This document shows, one piece after another, positions 27,121-36,548 of a stretch of DNA of 64,000 nt. The stretch is from Thermoanaerobaculia bacterium (GTDB lineage: Bacteria > Acidobacteriota > Thermoanaerobaculia > Multivoradales > JAGPDF01): the NCBI GenBank assembly GCA_017998715.1, contig JAGOCP010000002.1, positions 5,429 to 69,428 of the forward strand. Reading direction: 5' to 3'. A program made the position numbers and the translations under genes. Within the stretch, counting starts at the first letter, position 1. Each line of letters starts with the position of its first letter. The notes under the pieces are model-generated. The model saw nothing but the letters and a program-made list of their open reading frames with translations. It made no database searches and was not told where the DNA came from.

Positions 27121-28104
27121 ATGCGATCCTGGTACGCGATCCGCGCCCGCGCCGAGGGCGCGGAAGTCTCGATCTATGACGAGATCGGTGCCTACGGCGT
27201 CTCGGCGAAGAGCTTCCTCGACGAGCTCGGCGCGCTGCCCGACGACGGCGCGCTGACCCTGCGGCTGAACAGCCCGGGCGGCTCGGTCTTCGACGCGGTG
27301 GCGATCTACAACGCCCTGAAGCGCCACGCCGGCCCGGTCAGCGTCTGGATCGACGGCATCGCCGCCTCGGCCGCCTCCTACGTCGCCATGGCCGGCGACG
27401 AGGTGGTGATGCCGGAGAACGCCTTCCTGATGATCCACGACCCCTCGGGCGTGGTGTACGGGACGGCGGACGACATGCGGGCGATGGCCGAGGCGCTCGA
27501 CAAGATCAAGGGCAGCCTCGTCGCCGGCTACGTCGCGAAATCCGGCGGCGCCGAGGACGACATCGCCGCGCTGATGGCGAAGGAGACCTGGCTCGCCGCC
27601 GCGGAGGCGGTCGAGCTCGGCTTCGCCGACCGGCTTGCCGAGCCGGTGCGGATCGCCGCGCGGTTCGACATCGCGCGGTTCCGCAACGCGCCTCCGGCAC
27701 TGGTCGACGCCACGGCCGAGATCGGCGAGGCCGAGGACGACACTGCCGATGATGAGGCCGATCCGCCGGCGGGCGATGCCGAGGACGACGGCGCGGGCAT
27801 GGACGCGGTCGATCCCCCGCCGCCCGAAGCACGCGACCCGGTCTCGGCCTCCGCCGCGATCCGCGCCGAGGCGCTCGCGCATGCCGCCGCGGTGATCGAC
27901 CTTTGTGCGTTGGCCGGCCTCCCGCTGCAGGCGCGGCGGTTCTTGGAGGCCGGCGCCAGCCTCGACGAGGTGCGCGCGGCGCTACTGGCCGCAAGGGCCG
28001 ATGCCACCCCGGAGGTCACCGCCCTCCATCCGCAACCGGGCCGCTCCGCCGACGCCCGGCCCTGGGGCGAGGTGATCGCCCGCACCTTCAAGCCGAGAGG
28101 ATAA
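27121..28104 (+). CDS. Head maturation protease, ClpP/S49 family, with a C-terminal scaffold-like acidic/Ala-rich region
   Basis: LRLNSPGGSVFDAVAIYNALKRH...IDGIAASAASYVAMAGDEVVMPENAFLMIHDP is a ClpP-like Ser protease core. Confidence 0.85.
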   Translation: MRSWYAIRARAEGAEVSIYDEIGAYGVSAKSFLDELGALPDDGALTLRLNSPGGSVFDAVAIYNALKRHAGPVSVWIDGIAASAASYVAMAGDEVVMPENAFLMIHDPSGVVYGTADDMRAMAEALDKIKGSLVAGYVAKSGGAEDDIAALMAKETWLAAAEAVELGFADRLAEPVRIAARFDIARFRNAPPALVDATAEIGEAEDDTADDEADPPAGDAEDDGAGMDAVDPPPPEARDPVSASAAIRAEALAHAAAVIDLCALAGLPLQARRFLEAGASLDEVRAALLAARADATPEVTALHPQPGRSADARPWGEVIARTFKPRG

Positions 28105-28110
28105 TCCAAC

Positions 28111-28476
28111 ATGCCCACGCTCACCGAAGGCCGCCATCCGGGCGGCTTTCTCGTCTGGGAGGCCTTCCGCGACTACTGCCGCGAGGTCGTCACCATCGAC
28201 ACCGGCACGCTCGAGCCCGGCACGGTGCTCGGCAAGGTCACCGTCGGCGGCAAGTATGTCGCCCACGACCCGGACGCCACCGACGGCTCCGAGACCGCGG
28301 TCGCCGTGCTCTGGGGCAAGGCCGACGCCAGCGCCGGCGACGTGCCCGCCGTCGCGCTCGTCCGCGGCCCCGCCATCGTCAACCGCCACGATCTGGTCTT
28401 CGCCGGCACGCCGAGCGAGCCCGAGATCACCGCCGCCCATGCCGCGCTCGCGGTCGCGGGCATCATCGTCCGCTAA
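28111..28476 (+). CDS. Head decoration protein (gpD-like)
   Basis: 121 aa, between the protease and major capsid genes. Composition resembles decoration proteins. Confidence 0.65.
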   Translation: MPTLTEGRHPGGFLVWEAFRDYCREVVTIDTGTLEPGTVLGKVTVGGKYVAHDPDATDGSETAVAVLWGKADASAGDVPAVALVRGPAIVNRHDLVFAGTPSEPEITAAHAALAVAGIIVR

Positions 28477-28489
28477 GGGAGACCCGCAC

Positions 28490-29503
28490 ATGGCCAGCAT
28501 GGACATCTTCGAGGGCGACGCCTTCTCGATCATCGAGCTCACCCGGGCGCTCGAGAACATCCCCTTCAAGCCGGCGACGCTGTCGGGCTCCGGCCTTTTC
28601 GGCGACCGAGGCGTGCGCTCGCGCACGGTGGTGATCGAGAGCCGCGACGGCACCCTGTCGCTGATCCCGTTCTCCGAGCGCGGGTCGGCCTACGACCAGC
28701 AGGTTGCGGAGCGGCGCGACGTGCGCGCCTTCGTCTGCCGCCAGTTCAAGAAGCAGGACGTGATCTGGGCCGCCGAGATCCAGAGCGTCCGGGACTTCGG
28801 CTCCGAGAGCGCGCTGCAGCAAGTGCAGACCGAGGTCGCGCGGCGCCTGGGAAACCTGCGTCGCGACGCCGAGGCGACCTTCGAGTACCATCTCCTCAAC
28901 GGCATCCAGGGGCTGGTCAAGGACCCGAAGGACGGGGCGACGGTGGTGAACTACTTCACCGAGTTCGCCATCACGCCCGCGACCGAGGTCGACTTCGACC
29001 TCGACAACGCCTCGCCGGCCTCGGGGGCGCTCAGGAAGCGCTGCCAGGCGCTGATCGAGGACGTCGAGGCGAGCATGGGCGGGCTCGCGACGGGCGCCGT
29101 GCAGCTCCGCGCCGAATGCGGCTCGGCGTTCTTCGCCGATCTCGTCGCCCACAAGGAGGTGCGGGAGACCTACCTCAACACCGCGGCCGCCGCCGATCTC
29201 AGGAGCCGGGTCGCCGACGAGGTCAGCTTCGGCGGCATCAGCTTCCGCCGCTACCGCGGCAACGCCGCCTTCGGGGTGCCGGCCGACAAGGCGTTCTTCT
29301 ATCCCGAGGGCGTCGACGGGCTCTTCGAGATCTACTACGCCCCGGCCGACACCTTCGAGACGGTCAACACCCTCGGCCTGCCGCTCTACGCCCGGGCGAT
29401 CCCGGACCGTGAGCGCGACGAGTGGGTGCGGCTGGAGATCGAGAGCAACCCGCTGCCGATCTGCACCCGGCCGCAGGTGCTGCGCTCGGCGCGGCGGACG
29501 TGA
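28490..29503 (+). CDS. Major capsid protein (lambda gpE-like, phage_cap_E family)
   Basis: MASMDIFEGDAFSIIELTRALENIPFKPATLSGSGLF... is collinear with E-type capsid proteins. RBS AAGGGAG precedes the ATG. Confidence 0.9.
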   Translation: MASMDIFEGDAFSIIELTRALENIPFKPATLSGSGLFGDRGVRSRTVVIESRDGTLSLIPFSERGSAYDQQVAERRDVRAFVCRQFKKQDVIWAAEIQSVRDFGSESALQQVQTEVARRLGNLRRDAEATFEYHLLNGIQGLVKDPKDGATVVNYFTEFAITPATEVDFDLDNASPASGALRKRCQALIEDVEASMGGLATGAVQLRAECGSAFFADLVAHKEVRETYLNTAAAADLRSRVADEVSFGGISFRRYRGNAAFGVPADKAFFYPEGVDGLFEIYYAPADTFETVNTLGLPLYARAIPDRERDEWVRLEIESNPLPICTRPQVLRSARRT

Positions 29504-29811
29504 CCGCCTTCGCCACCGCGGTCGACGCGCTGTTCGCCGATCCAAACCTCGCGCGGGAGGCGGTCTACGAACCGGCGGACGGGGAGCCGTTCCCCGTCCG
29601 TGTCATCGCTCGCCGGGCCGACGCCATCACCGAGTTCGGCGAGGCGCGGCTCTGGTCGGAGACGACGCGCTTCGACGTCCGCGTCGCAGAAGTCGCGAAC
29701 CCACGACCGGGCGACCGCATCGTGATCGACGGCGAGGCGTTCGTCGTTCAGGGCGAGCCGGTACGGGACCGCGAACGGCTGGTCTGGACGCTCGACACGA
29801 GGCCCGCATGA
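29500..29811 (+). CDS. Putative head completion / head-tail adaptor protein
   Basis: 104-aa ORF with a GTG start overlapping the capsid stop. Its position and size match adaptor proteins. Confidence 0.45.
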   Translation: MTAFATAVDALFADPNLAREAVYEPADGEPFPVRVIARRADAITEFGEARLWSETTRFDVRVAEVANPRPGDRIVIDGEAFVVQGEPVRDRERLVWTLDTRPA

Positions 29812-30476
29812 AACTCAAGCTCGACATCCGGCCCGACCTCGTCGCGATGATGAGGACGGAGATCGCTGCCGGCGAGCGGGCGGTGACCGCAGCGATCCGC
29901 GAGGCCGGAACCGGGCTGAAGCTCGGCTGGCGCGGGCAGATCGTCGGCGCCGGGCTCGGACCGCGGCTCGCCAACTCGATCCGCTCGGAGGTGTTTCCGA
30001 AGGCCGGCGCCAGCCTCAACGCCGCGGCGGTGGTCTGGTCGAAGGCGCCGGTGATCGTCGGCGCCCACGACGCAGGTCCGCTGATCCGCTCGAAGAACGG
30101 GCTCTGGCTGGCGATCCCGACGCCGGCCGCAGGGAAGGCGCTTGGCGGGCGGCGCATCACGCCAGCCGCCTGGGAGCGGAAGACCGGGCTGCGGCTGCGG
30201 TTCGTCTACCGCCGGGCCGGCCCGAGCCTGTTGGTGGCCGAGGGGCGGCTGAACACCAAGGGACAAGCGGTGGCGTCGCGGTCGAAGACCGGGCGCGGCC
30301 AGGTCACCGCGCCGATCTTCCTGCTGGTGCCGCAGGTCAAGCTGCCGAAGCGGCTCGACCTGGCGCGGGACGCCGAGCGCGCGCACGACGTGGTGTCGGG
30401 GCTGATCGTGGCGAACTGGGTGGCGAGCGGTCAACGGACAGGGCAGTCTTTCAGGCCGATCGATCTCCGCCCTTGA
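29808..30476 (+). CDS. DUF6441-like phage structural protein (neck region)
   Basis: MKLKLDIRPDLVAMMRTEIAAGERAVTAAIREAGTGLKLGWRGQIVGAGLG... A family found at this position in Rhizobiales prophages (recollected). Confidence 0.5.
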   Translation: MKLKLDIRPDLVAMMRTEIAAGERAVTAAIREAGTGLKLGWRGQIVGAGLGPRLANSIRSEVFPKAGASLNAAAVVWSKAPVIVGAHDAGPLIRSKNGLWLAIPTPAAGKALGGRRITPAAWERKTGLRLRFVYRRAGPSLLVAEGRLNTKGQAVASRSKTGRGQVTAPIFLLVPQVKLPKRLDLARDAERAHDVVSGLIVANWVASGQRTGQSFRPIDLRP

Positions 30477-31149
30477 AAACTGGGGTGCCGTCTGGCGTGT
30501 AGCCAACAATCCCAGGCTCCCACCACCAGATGGGGTTGGCCTTGAAGCTGTCCCGCTCGTCGAGACGCTCGAGGAGCGACGCGACCTTCTCGTACTTCTG
30601 GAGAAACAGGTCGATCCCGAGCGGTCTCGCCTGGACAAAGCGCACATGGGCCGCGAGAAAGATGTCGTGGACTGATAGGAACCCCGGCTGGAACCCGCTC
30701 TCCGGATCGGCGAGTTGGCCATCGAGCCATCCAAGAATGTGGGGGAGTTTCTCGGCCGAGCGCTTGAGATGGGCGTTTGCATCTAAAGCAACCTCCGTCC
30801 ACATCATTTGGGAGACGGTGGTCGCTGCAGTCCCAAAGGTCTGGATCGTAGAGAACACAAGCTTGTCCCGCCACAGGTCGTCCGCGCGGAAAGCTTGACT
30901 GGCCAGAGGAGGCTCAACGGCGGGCCGCTGCGGAAAGGTCGACAACAAATACTCTACGATAGTGCCGCTTTCCCAAAGCTTTAAGTCACCGTCCCAGAAT
31001 GCGGGCACCTGTAATGTCGGGGGCGCAAGTTGCCCGGCACTTGGCGCGACGATTCTTTCATGGCGCTCATAGTCCAGCCCGATTTCGTCGAGGACGATCC
31101 GCACGGCACGGGCGAAGGGCGATCCGGTGGTGTAAAGCAATGCAAGCAT
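30451..31149 (-). CDS. Glutathione S-transferase (cargo gene)
   Basis: N-terminal thioredoxin-like GST domain (MLALLYTTGSPFARAVRIVLDEIGLDYE) and a helical C-domain. Local GC is noticeably lower than in the flanking phage genes. Confidence 0.8.
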   Translation of the reverse strand: MLALLYTTGSPFARAVRIVLDEIGLDYERHERIVAPSAGQLAPPTLQVPAFWDGDLKLWESGTIVEYLLSTFPQRPAVEPPLASQAFRADDLWRDKLVFSTIQTFGTAATTVSQMMWTEVALDANAHLKRSAEKLPHILGWLDGQLADPESGFQPGFLSVHDIFLAAHVRFVQARPLGIDLFLQKYEKVASLLERLDERDSFKANPIWWWEPGIVGYTPDGTPVFKGGDRSA

Positions 31150-31202
31150 GGTCGCCTCCGGTATAGATCACGCCGAACTTAGCGGAACGCGCTGCCGCGC
31201 TG

Positions 31203-31330
31203 CCGATCTTTCTGCTCGCGCCGCAGGTGAAGCAGACCAAGCGGCTCGATCTGGCGCGGGATGCGGAGCAAGTGGTGGATGGTCGCCGGGGGCTGATCGT
31301 GGCGAACTGCGTAGAGGGCGGGTGGGTCGA
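31203..31330 (+). pseudogene. Remnant 3' fragment of a DUF6441-homolog gene (about 77% nt identity to 30312-30430)
   Basis: Translates as PIFLLAPQVKQTKRLDLARDAEQVVDGRRGLIVAN, against PIFLLVPQVKLPKRLDLARDAERAHDVVSGLIVAN in the intact gene. There is no upstream coding continuation. Confidence 0.65.
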
Positions 31331-31389
31331 TGGCCGCGCTGCGGGACCTTTCGGTCACTCGCCGCGCGTCCTCGATCTCCCCTGCGCCC

Positions 31390-32310
31390 TTAGGGGCCAT
31401 CCGTAGAATCAACGAACGACAGCACAGCGTCGATGAACGCCGCGCGGTCCTGAACCGGTCCTCCATGGTTGGTTCCCTCGAGAACCGAACCGGTCGCGTT
31501 CGGCTGGCAGCGCACCACCTCGTCGGCCATCATCGCATCCAGAACATAGGCGTCGCTGCCTTGGATCACCAATGTTGGAACCTCGATGCGCGCAAGCCCG
31601 TCGCAGTCGATGGGTTCCGCTGCAGCGACGGCTTCCAGAAAGGGCGGAAGGGTGCGCGCATTGTCGTCCCACATCTGCTGCGCAAGATCGGAATGTGTCT
31701 CGGCCTCGCCGGGTTCCAGCCGGAACACCGCCTCGATCAGCCGCCGGACGGCATCCTCATTCTTGCCGGCTTGCAGCGCCTCTGCCATTGGGCCGAAGGC
31801 CAAGAATTTCTGTGCGATCGCGGCACGCTCGCCTGACAGGCCCGCATGCAATGACGAAACCGTCGGCTCGAAATGGGTGATGGACCGGAACTTCTCGGGA
31901 AAGCGCATTGCTGCGTGCAACCCGACCAGCCCGCCATAGGACCATGTCACCAGATGGACCGGGCCGGCATCCAAGGCATCGATCACCGCTGCCAGATCCT
32001 CGGCATGGGTCGCGACGCTTAAGCCGGCAGCCTCGTCGGGCCATTCGGCCGGTCCGAAATATCGCTGGTCATAGGCCACGAAGCGATGTCGCTCGGCGGC
32101 GCGATCGCGGATGCCGCCCCAGACCCGATGGTCAGAAACCGCGCCATGCAGGAACAGGACCACCGGCCCGCTGCCTGCCTCTTCGTAAGTCAGCAAAGCT
32201 TCCCCGACAGCGATCTCGTCGCCGCTGGCCGGCAGAGTCGACGGCAGCAACAGCGCGGCAGCGGCGAGGCCAGCGCGAAGATGCGTTTCGATGACGCTTT
32301 GATGTGTCAT
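31390..32310 (-). CDS. Secreted alpha/beta hydrolase (cargo gene)
   Basis: Signal-peptide-like N-terminus, HG oxyanion motif (VLFLHGAVSD), and nucleophile elbow GWSYGG with Ser. Confidence 0.8.
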   Translation of the reverse strand: MTHQSVIETHLRAGLAAAALLLPSTLPASGDEIAVGEALLTYEEAGSGPVVLFLHGAVSDHRVWGGIRDRAAERHRFVAYDQRYFGPAEWPDEAAGLSVATHAEDLAAVIDALDAGPVHLVTWSYGGLVGLHAAMRFPEKFRSITHFEPTVSSLHAGLSGERAAIAQKFLAFGPMAEALQAGKNEDAVRRLIEAVFRLEPGEAETHSDLAQQMWDDNARTLPPFLEAVAAAEPIDCDGLARIEVPTLVIQGSDAYVLDAMMADEVVRCQPNATGSVLEGTNHGGPVQDRAAFIDAVLSFVDSTDGP

Positions 32311-32438
32311 TCTGATAGCCCTTCCCGTGTTGTGACAAGGGAGATCAGGCCCAAACACAGTCTGAATGTCCTGATGGAGGTCTGAATTCTCTCTGAATCG
32401 AGATTCAGGTGGTAGGATGATCTGGTCTGGAGCGTGTC

Positions 32439-34043
32439 ATGGACCTCGGTGGCCACAGGTTTGACCCGGAGAGCGGCGACCTCTTCACGGGCGGCGGAGA
32501 AGCCATCCCGTTGAAGCGGCAGGCCCGCGCGCTGATGCAGGCGCTTGCAGCCGCCGAGGGCCGCGTCGTCTCGAAGGACCATTTGATGGATGCCGTCTGG
32601 CCGGATGTGACGGTCAGCGAGGATTCGCTTTATCAGGCCGTCGCTGAGGCAAGGCGGGCGCTTGGCGCGAATGGGTCCGAGATCATCAGATCGGTGCCGC
32701 GCCAGGGCTATCTTCTGGATGCGACGGGGGCCGGTGCAGGCAAGATCAGGCGATGGCCTGCGATGGCCGGGCTTGCGTCATTCGCCGTGATCTGCGTTGT
32801 CGTCGTCTGGTCGCAACGGCAGATGCCGTCCGACGATACCCGGCATCCGGTGATTGCGGTCCTGCCATTCGAGGCCGTGACCGGTGACGAGACCTGGCAG
32901 CGCCGTGGCGCGGGGCTGTCCGCTGAAATCGCCACGGAGCTTGCGCGCAACGACTGGCTGGATGTCGTCGCGCCAGAGGCGACCGAGACGCTGGCGGGCT
33001 CCACCTTGCCACCGGCGGCCGAATCCCTTGGGGCGAGATTTCTTCTGGCGGGTACGCTGGCAGCCGAGGATGGCGCGCTGAGGGTGTCAGCGCGCATGAT
33101 GGATGCCGAGACAGGCAAACTCATCTGGTCGGATCGCTGGAACCGCGACGAGACGGGCTTTCTGGATCTCGAGGCGGATGTTCTCGACCGGATCGCAGGT
33201 CCTCTGGGCGGTGCGTTGACCGGTGCGATCGCCCGGGCCGAGCTGGCCAGTTCACAGGCAAGGCAACCCGGCTCGCTTGATGCCTACGACCATTTCCTGC
33301 TGGGGCTCGAGGCGAAGCACCATTGGAACCGCGAGGGGTTCACGCTTGCAACGAGGCATTTCAAACGGGCCATCGCGCTCGATCCGGAGTACGCAAAGGC
33401 ATGGTCGTTCCTGTCGCTCAACCTCAGCTTTCTGGCGCTGGAAGCGGCATCGCGGGAAGAACGCCAGACGTTGTGGCAAGAGGCCCGCGACGCGGCAGAG
33501 CGGGCCTATGCGCTGGATCCGGACGATCCGGAGGTTCTGTGGCGCGTCGCGCGAGAGCGGGGCGCGCAGGGTGATCTCGAGAATGCAGCACGAATGCTGC
33601 GCCGGTCGGTGGAACTGGCGCCGGGCAATGCCGACGTGCTGATGGTTGCCGCATGGACCAGTCACTACGCGGGGGTGCGGGGTGACGAACCGTTGACCTG
33701 GGCGCGACGGGCGCATGAGCTGACGCCGATACGGCCCGCGAAATATACCATAAGCCTTGGGCTCGCGGCATTTTCATCCAGGGATTATCGGCTGTGCGTG
33801 GAGACCTTGCGGAATGCGCCGCGCTCGCCCGAGGTCCTGGCCCATCTGGCCGCCGCAGAGGCGCTTCTGGGAAATGTCTCCGAGGCTAGAGAGGTAGCCA
33901 GATTACTTCGGGAGGCGCGTCCCGATTTCGTGATCGATGATATGTTCGGGCCGGTCGGGTTGGACGGATTTGGCGATCTGGAAGATCTTCGGCAAGGTGC
34001 GGCGCTCGCCGGCGTGCCTGTCAGTCGCGCGGAAAGCATCTGA
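32439..34043 (+). CDS. CadC/ToxR-like membrane-anchored winged-helix (OmpR-C type) transcriptional regulator with a C-terminal TPR domain
   Basis: N-terminal trans_reg_C-like domain (HRFDPESGDLF...VVSKDHLMDAVWPDVTVSEDSLYQAVAEARRAL...VPRQGYLL), a single TM helix (MAGLASFAVICVVVVW), and TPR-like repeats to the C-terminus. Confidence 0.75.
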   Translation: MDLGGHRFDPESGDLFTGGGEAIPLKRQARALMQALAAAEGRVVSKDHLMDAVWPDVTVSEDSLYQAVAEARRALGANGSEIIRSVPRQGYLLDATGAGAGKIRRWPAMAGLASFAVICVVVVWSQRQMPSDDTRHPVIAVLPFEAVTGDETWQRRGAGLSAEIATELARNDWLDVVAPEATETLAGSTLPPAAESLGARFLLAGTLAAEDGALRVSARMMDAETGKLIWSDRWNRDETGFLDLEADVLDRIAGPLGGALTGAIARAELASSQARQPGSLDAYDHFLLGLEAKHHWNREGFTLATRHFKRAIALDPEYAKAWSFLSLNLSFLALEAASREERQTLWQEARDAAERAYALDPDDPEVLWRVARERGAQGDLENAARMLRRSVELAPGNADVLMVAAWTSHYAGVRGDEPLTWARRAHELTPIRPAKYTISLGLAAFSSRDYRLCVETLRNAPRSPEVLAHLAAAEALLGNVSEAREVARLLREARPDFVIDDMFGPVGLDGFGDLEDLRQGAALAGVPVSRAESI

Positions 34044-34089
34044 TATTGCGTGATAGACCTCCTCTGCACTCGCACAATACCCGAGAGCC

Positions 34090-34512
34090 ATGCCCACCAC
34101 GCGCGAAACCATCCTCTCGGCCCTGCACGCACTCTTGCAGACCCAGCCTGCGCCCGTTCTGCGCGGCGAGGTCTTGCCCGAGCGCGTGCCGGCCGCGGGT
34201 CTCCTCATCCTGCGCGACGGCGACCCGGGCGAACCGGCGGTGACGCTCTCGCCGCTCCGCTACCACTACCAGCACCGCGCCGAGGTCGAGGCGGTCGTCC
34301 AGGTCGGCACTGGGCGCGACGCCGCCTTCGATGCGCTCACCGCCGGCGTTGGCACCGCGCTCACGGCCGACCGCACGCTCGGGGGCTTGTGCGACTGGGC
34401 CGAAGCCGAGGCGCCGCGGCCTATCGACCTCGCGGTCGACGGCGCGGCGACGCTGAAGGCCGCGGCCATCCCGATCGTGCTGCACTACGCGAGCGCGGAC
34501 CCGCTCGGCTAG
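34090..34512 (+). CDS. Putative tail terminator / head-tail connector protein (GTA gp8-like position)
   Basis: 140-aa ORF directly upstream of the major tail gene. Weak recollected similarity to DUF3168-type proteins. Confidence 0.45.
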   Translation: MPTTRETILSALHALLQTQPAPVLRGEVLPERVPAAGLLILRDGDPGEPAVTLSPLRYHYQHRAEVEAVVQVGTGRDAAFDALTAGVGTALTADRTLGGLCDWAEAEAPRPIDLAVDGAATLKAAAIPIVLHYASADPLG

Positions 34513-34537
34513 GCCCGCTGGTCGAAGGCCGGGACCG

Positions 34538-34948
34538 CTACGCCACGGCCTCGGCGGAGACCTCGGCCAGGACCTCGCCCATCGTGACCACGGGCGTTGC
34601 GCCTCCGATCATGTTCGCGAGATTCTCCTTGATCCACGCCAGCGAGCGGTCGTGCGCCGCCTTGGCGTTGTCGGCGGTGTCGAAGAGGCTGATCGAGCCG
34701 CCGCCACCGCCCTCGAGTTGCATGATGTAGTAGGCCCTGAACCCGGGCTGCTGCTTCAGGATCGGCGCGAGGCCGGTCTCGGCGAGCCGCCGGGCCTCCT
34801 CGACATTCTGCATCTGCGGGAAACTGCGGATCACGGCATACATGACGCTCTCCTGCTGAACGCAGGCGACGAGAAGGCCGCGCCTGCCCGCCAAGTCTAC
34901 ACCCGACTCGGCCGGCTCCCTACCGACAACTCCGAAGGACACCGACAT
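34538..34948 (-). CDS. ABM-domain (antibiotic biosynthesis monooxygenase-like) protein (cargo gene)
   Basis: MYAVIRSFPQMQNVEEARRLAETGLAPILKQQPGFRAYYIMQLEGGGGGSISLFDTADNAKAA is a typical ABM ferredoxin-like fold sequence. Confidence 0.65.
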   Translation of the reverse strand: MSVSFGVVGREPAESGVDLAGRRGLLVACVQQESVMYAVIRSFPQMQNVEEARRLAETGLAPILKQQPGFRAYYIMQLEGGGGGSISLFDTADNAKAAHDRSLAWIKENLANMIGGATPVVTMGEVLAEVSAEAVA

Positions 34949-35881
34949 GGCACGTGCACAGGGGGCGCGGGCGCAGATGGCGCTCGCGTTCGAGACGGTC
35001 TACGGCATCCGGCGGGCGGCTACACCCGGGTGCCGTTTGTCAGCACCTCCCTCGGCTCCGAGCAGCCGCTGATCAGCTCGGAGCTCCTCGGCTACGGCCG
35101 CGACCCGCTGGCGCCGATCAAGGACGCGGTCACCGCCGATGGCGACGTCGTCGTGCCGATCGACGCCGAGGCCTTCGGCTTCTGGCTGAAGGCGGCCTTC
35201 GGCGCCCCGACCACGAGCGGCACCGGCCCCTGGACGCACGAGTTCCGCTCCGGCGGCTGGACGCTGCCGTCGCTGTCGATCGAGACGGCGATGCCCGAGG
35301 TGCCGCGGTACGCGATGTACTCCGGCTGCGTGCTCGACCCGCTCAGCTGGCAGCTGCAGCGCTCGGGGCTGCTGACGGCGACCACGCGGCTGGTGGCGCA
35401 GGGCGAGGCGGTGGCGACGACGACGGCCGCCGGCACCCCGGCGGAGCTGGCCCTGAAGCGCTTCGGCCACTTCAACGGCAGCATCACCCGCAACGGCACG
35501 GCGCTCGGCAACGTGGTCTCGGCCGAGATCACCTATGCCAACAACCTCGACCGCATCGAGACCATCCGCAGCGACGGCCGCATCGACGGGGCCGACCCGT
35601 CGATCGCGGCACTGACCGGCCGGGTCGAGGTGCGCTTCGCCGACAGCACGCTGGTCAACCAGGCGATCGCCGGCGACCCCTGCGAGCTCGAGTTCGCCTA
35701 TGCGCTGCCGTCGGGCGAGAGCTTCACCTTCACGATCCACGCCGTCTACCTGCCGCGGCCGCGGATCGAGATCGCTGGCCCGCAGGGCGTGCAGGCGACA
35801 TTCGACTGGCAGGCCGCCCGGGACCCGGGGCTAGGCCGGATGTGCACCGCCACCCTCATCAACGACATCGAGGAGTACTGA
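34947..35881 (+). pseudogene. Major tail protein, reading frame broken after about 21 codons by a 1-nt deficit in a C run near 35008-35015
   Basis: N-terminus MARAQGARAQMALAFETVYGI is in frame 0 (stop at 35067). The remaining 290 aa (GGYTRVPFVSTSLGSEQPL...TATLINDIEEY) are in frame +2. Inserting one C (ATCCGG to ATCCCGG) restores ...YGIPAGGYTRVPF... Confidence 0.6.
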
Positions 35882-35883
35882 CC

Positions 35884-36321
35884 ATGCTGAGGCTCGACCT
35901 CACCGCGGAGCCGCGCTGGCTCGATCTCGGCCACGGCGTGCGCATCCGCGTGGCCTCGCTTACCACTGCGTTGATGGTGGCGGCGCGCAGCGACGCCGCC
36001 ATCGAGGCGCTGCCCGCCACCGCCTCCGACGAGGAACGGGCGCTGGTCTTCGCCAAGGCAATCGCGCGGCGGGCGGTGACCGACTGGGAGGGCGTCGGCG
36101 ACGCCGACGGCAGCCCGACGCCGGTCACGCCCGAGGGCATCGACGCGCTGCTCGAGGTCTGGCCGATCTTCGAGGCATTCCAGGCGGCCTTCGTCTCGAA
36201 AGGCCTGCTGCTGGATTCGGAAAAAAACGTCTCCGCGCCCTCGCCGACTGGCACTTCGGCGGGGGCGATCGCTACTGCGCGGCCTGCGGCCAAGCGTGCC
36301 CGGACTGCCCGGCGCGGCTGA
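35884..36321 (+). CDS. Tail assembly chaperone (lambda G / GTA gp10 analogue), zero-frame product
   Basis: 146-aa acidic protein between the major tail and tape-measure genes. Contains the slippery heptamer A_AAA_AAC at 36222-36228. Confidence 0.7.
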   Translation: MLRLDLTAEPRWLDLGHGVRIRVASLTTALMVAARSDAAIEALPATASDEERALVFAKAIARRAVTDWEGVGDADGSPTPVTPEGIDALLEVWPIFEAFQAAFVSKGLLLDSEKNVSAPSPTGTSAGAIATARPAAKRARTARRG

Positions 36322-36548
36322 ACCGGCCGGCGACCTTCGAGGGCTGGCAAGTCTGGGACATGGTGGGCCGCCTCGGCGGCCAACTCCGCGTCATCCCCGG
36401 CGCGGTGATCGGCTGGGACATGGGTGCGGCGCTGGCTCTCGCGGCGGCGCTCGGGATCGAGCCAATGACCGCGGCCGAGCTGCTGCCGGAGATCGAGGCG
36501 GTGATGGTCCGCCGAACCAACGAAGCGATCGGAGACGGCCATGGCTGA
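35884..36548 (+). CDS. Tail assembly chaperone -1 frameshift fusion product (lambda GT / GTA gp10.1 analogue), predicted by a -1 slip at 36222-36228
   Basis: The -1 frame is open from the heptamer to 36548 and encodes ...KKRLRALADWHFGGGDRYCAACGQACPDCPARLNRPATFEGWQVWDMVGRLGGQ...GDGHG. It ends 7 nt into the tape-measure gene, as in G/GT arrangements. Confidence 0.55.
36222..36228 (+). promoter_or_regulatory. -1 programmed ribosomal frameshift slippery heptamer AAAAAAC (X_XXY_YYZ)
   Basis: Zero-frame codons are GAA AAA AAC (E K N). Re-pairing in the -1 frame gives AAA AAA and continues into a 106-codon open extension. Confidence 0.6.
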
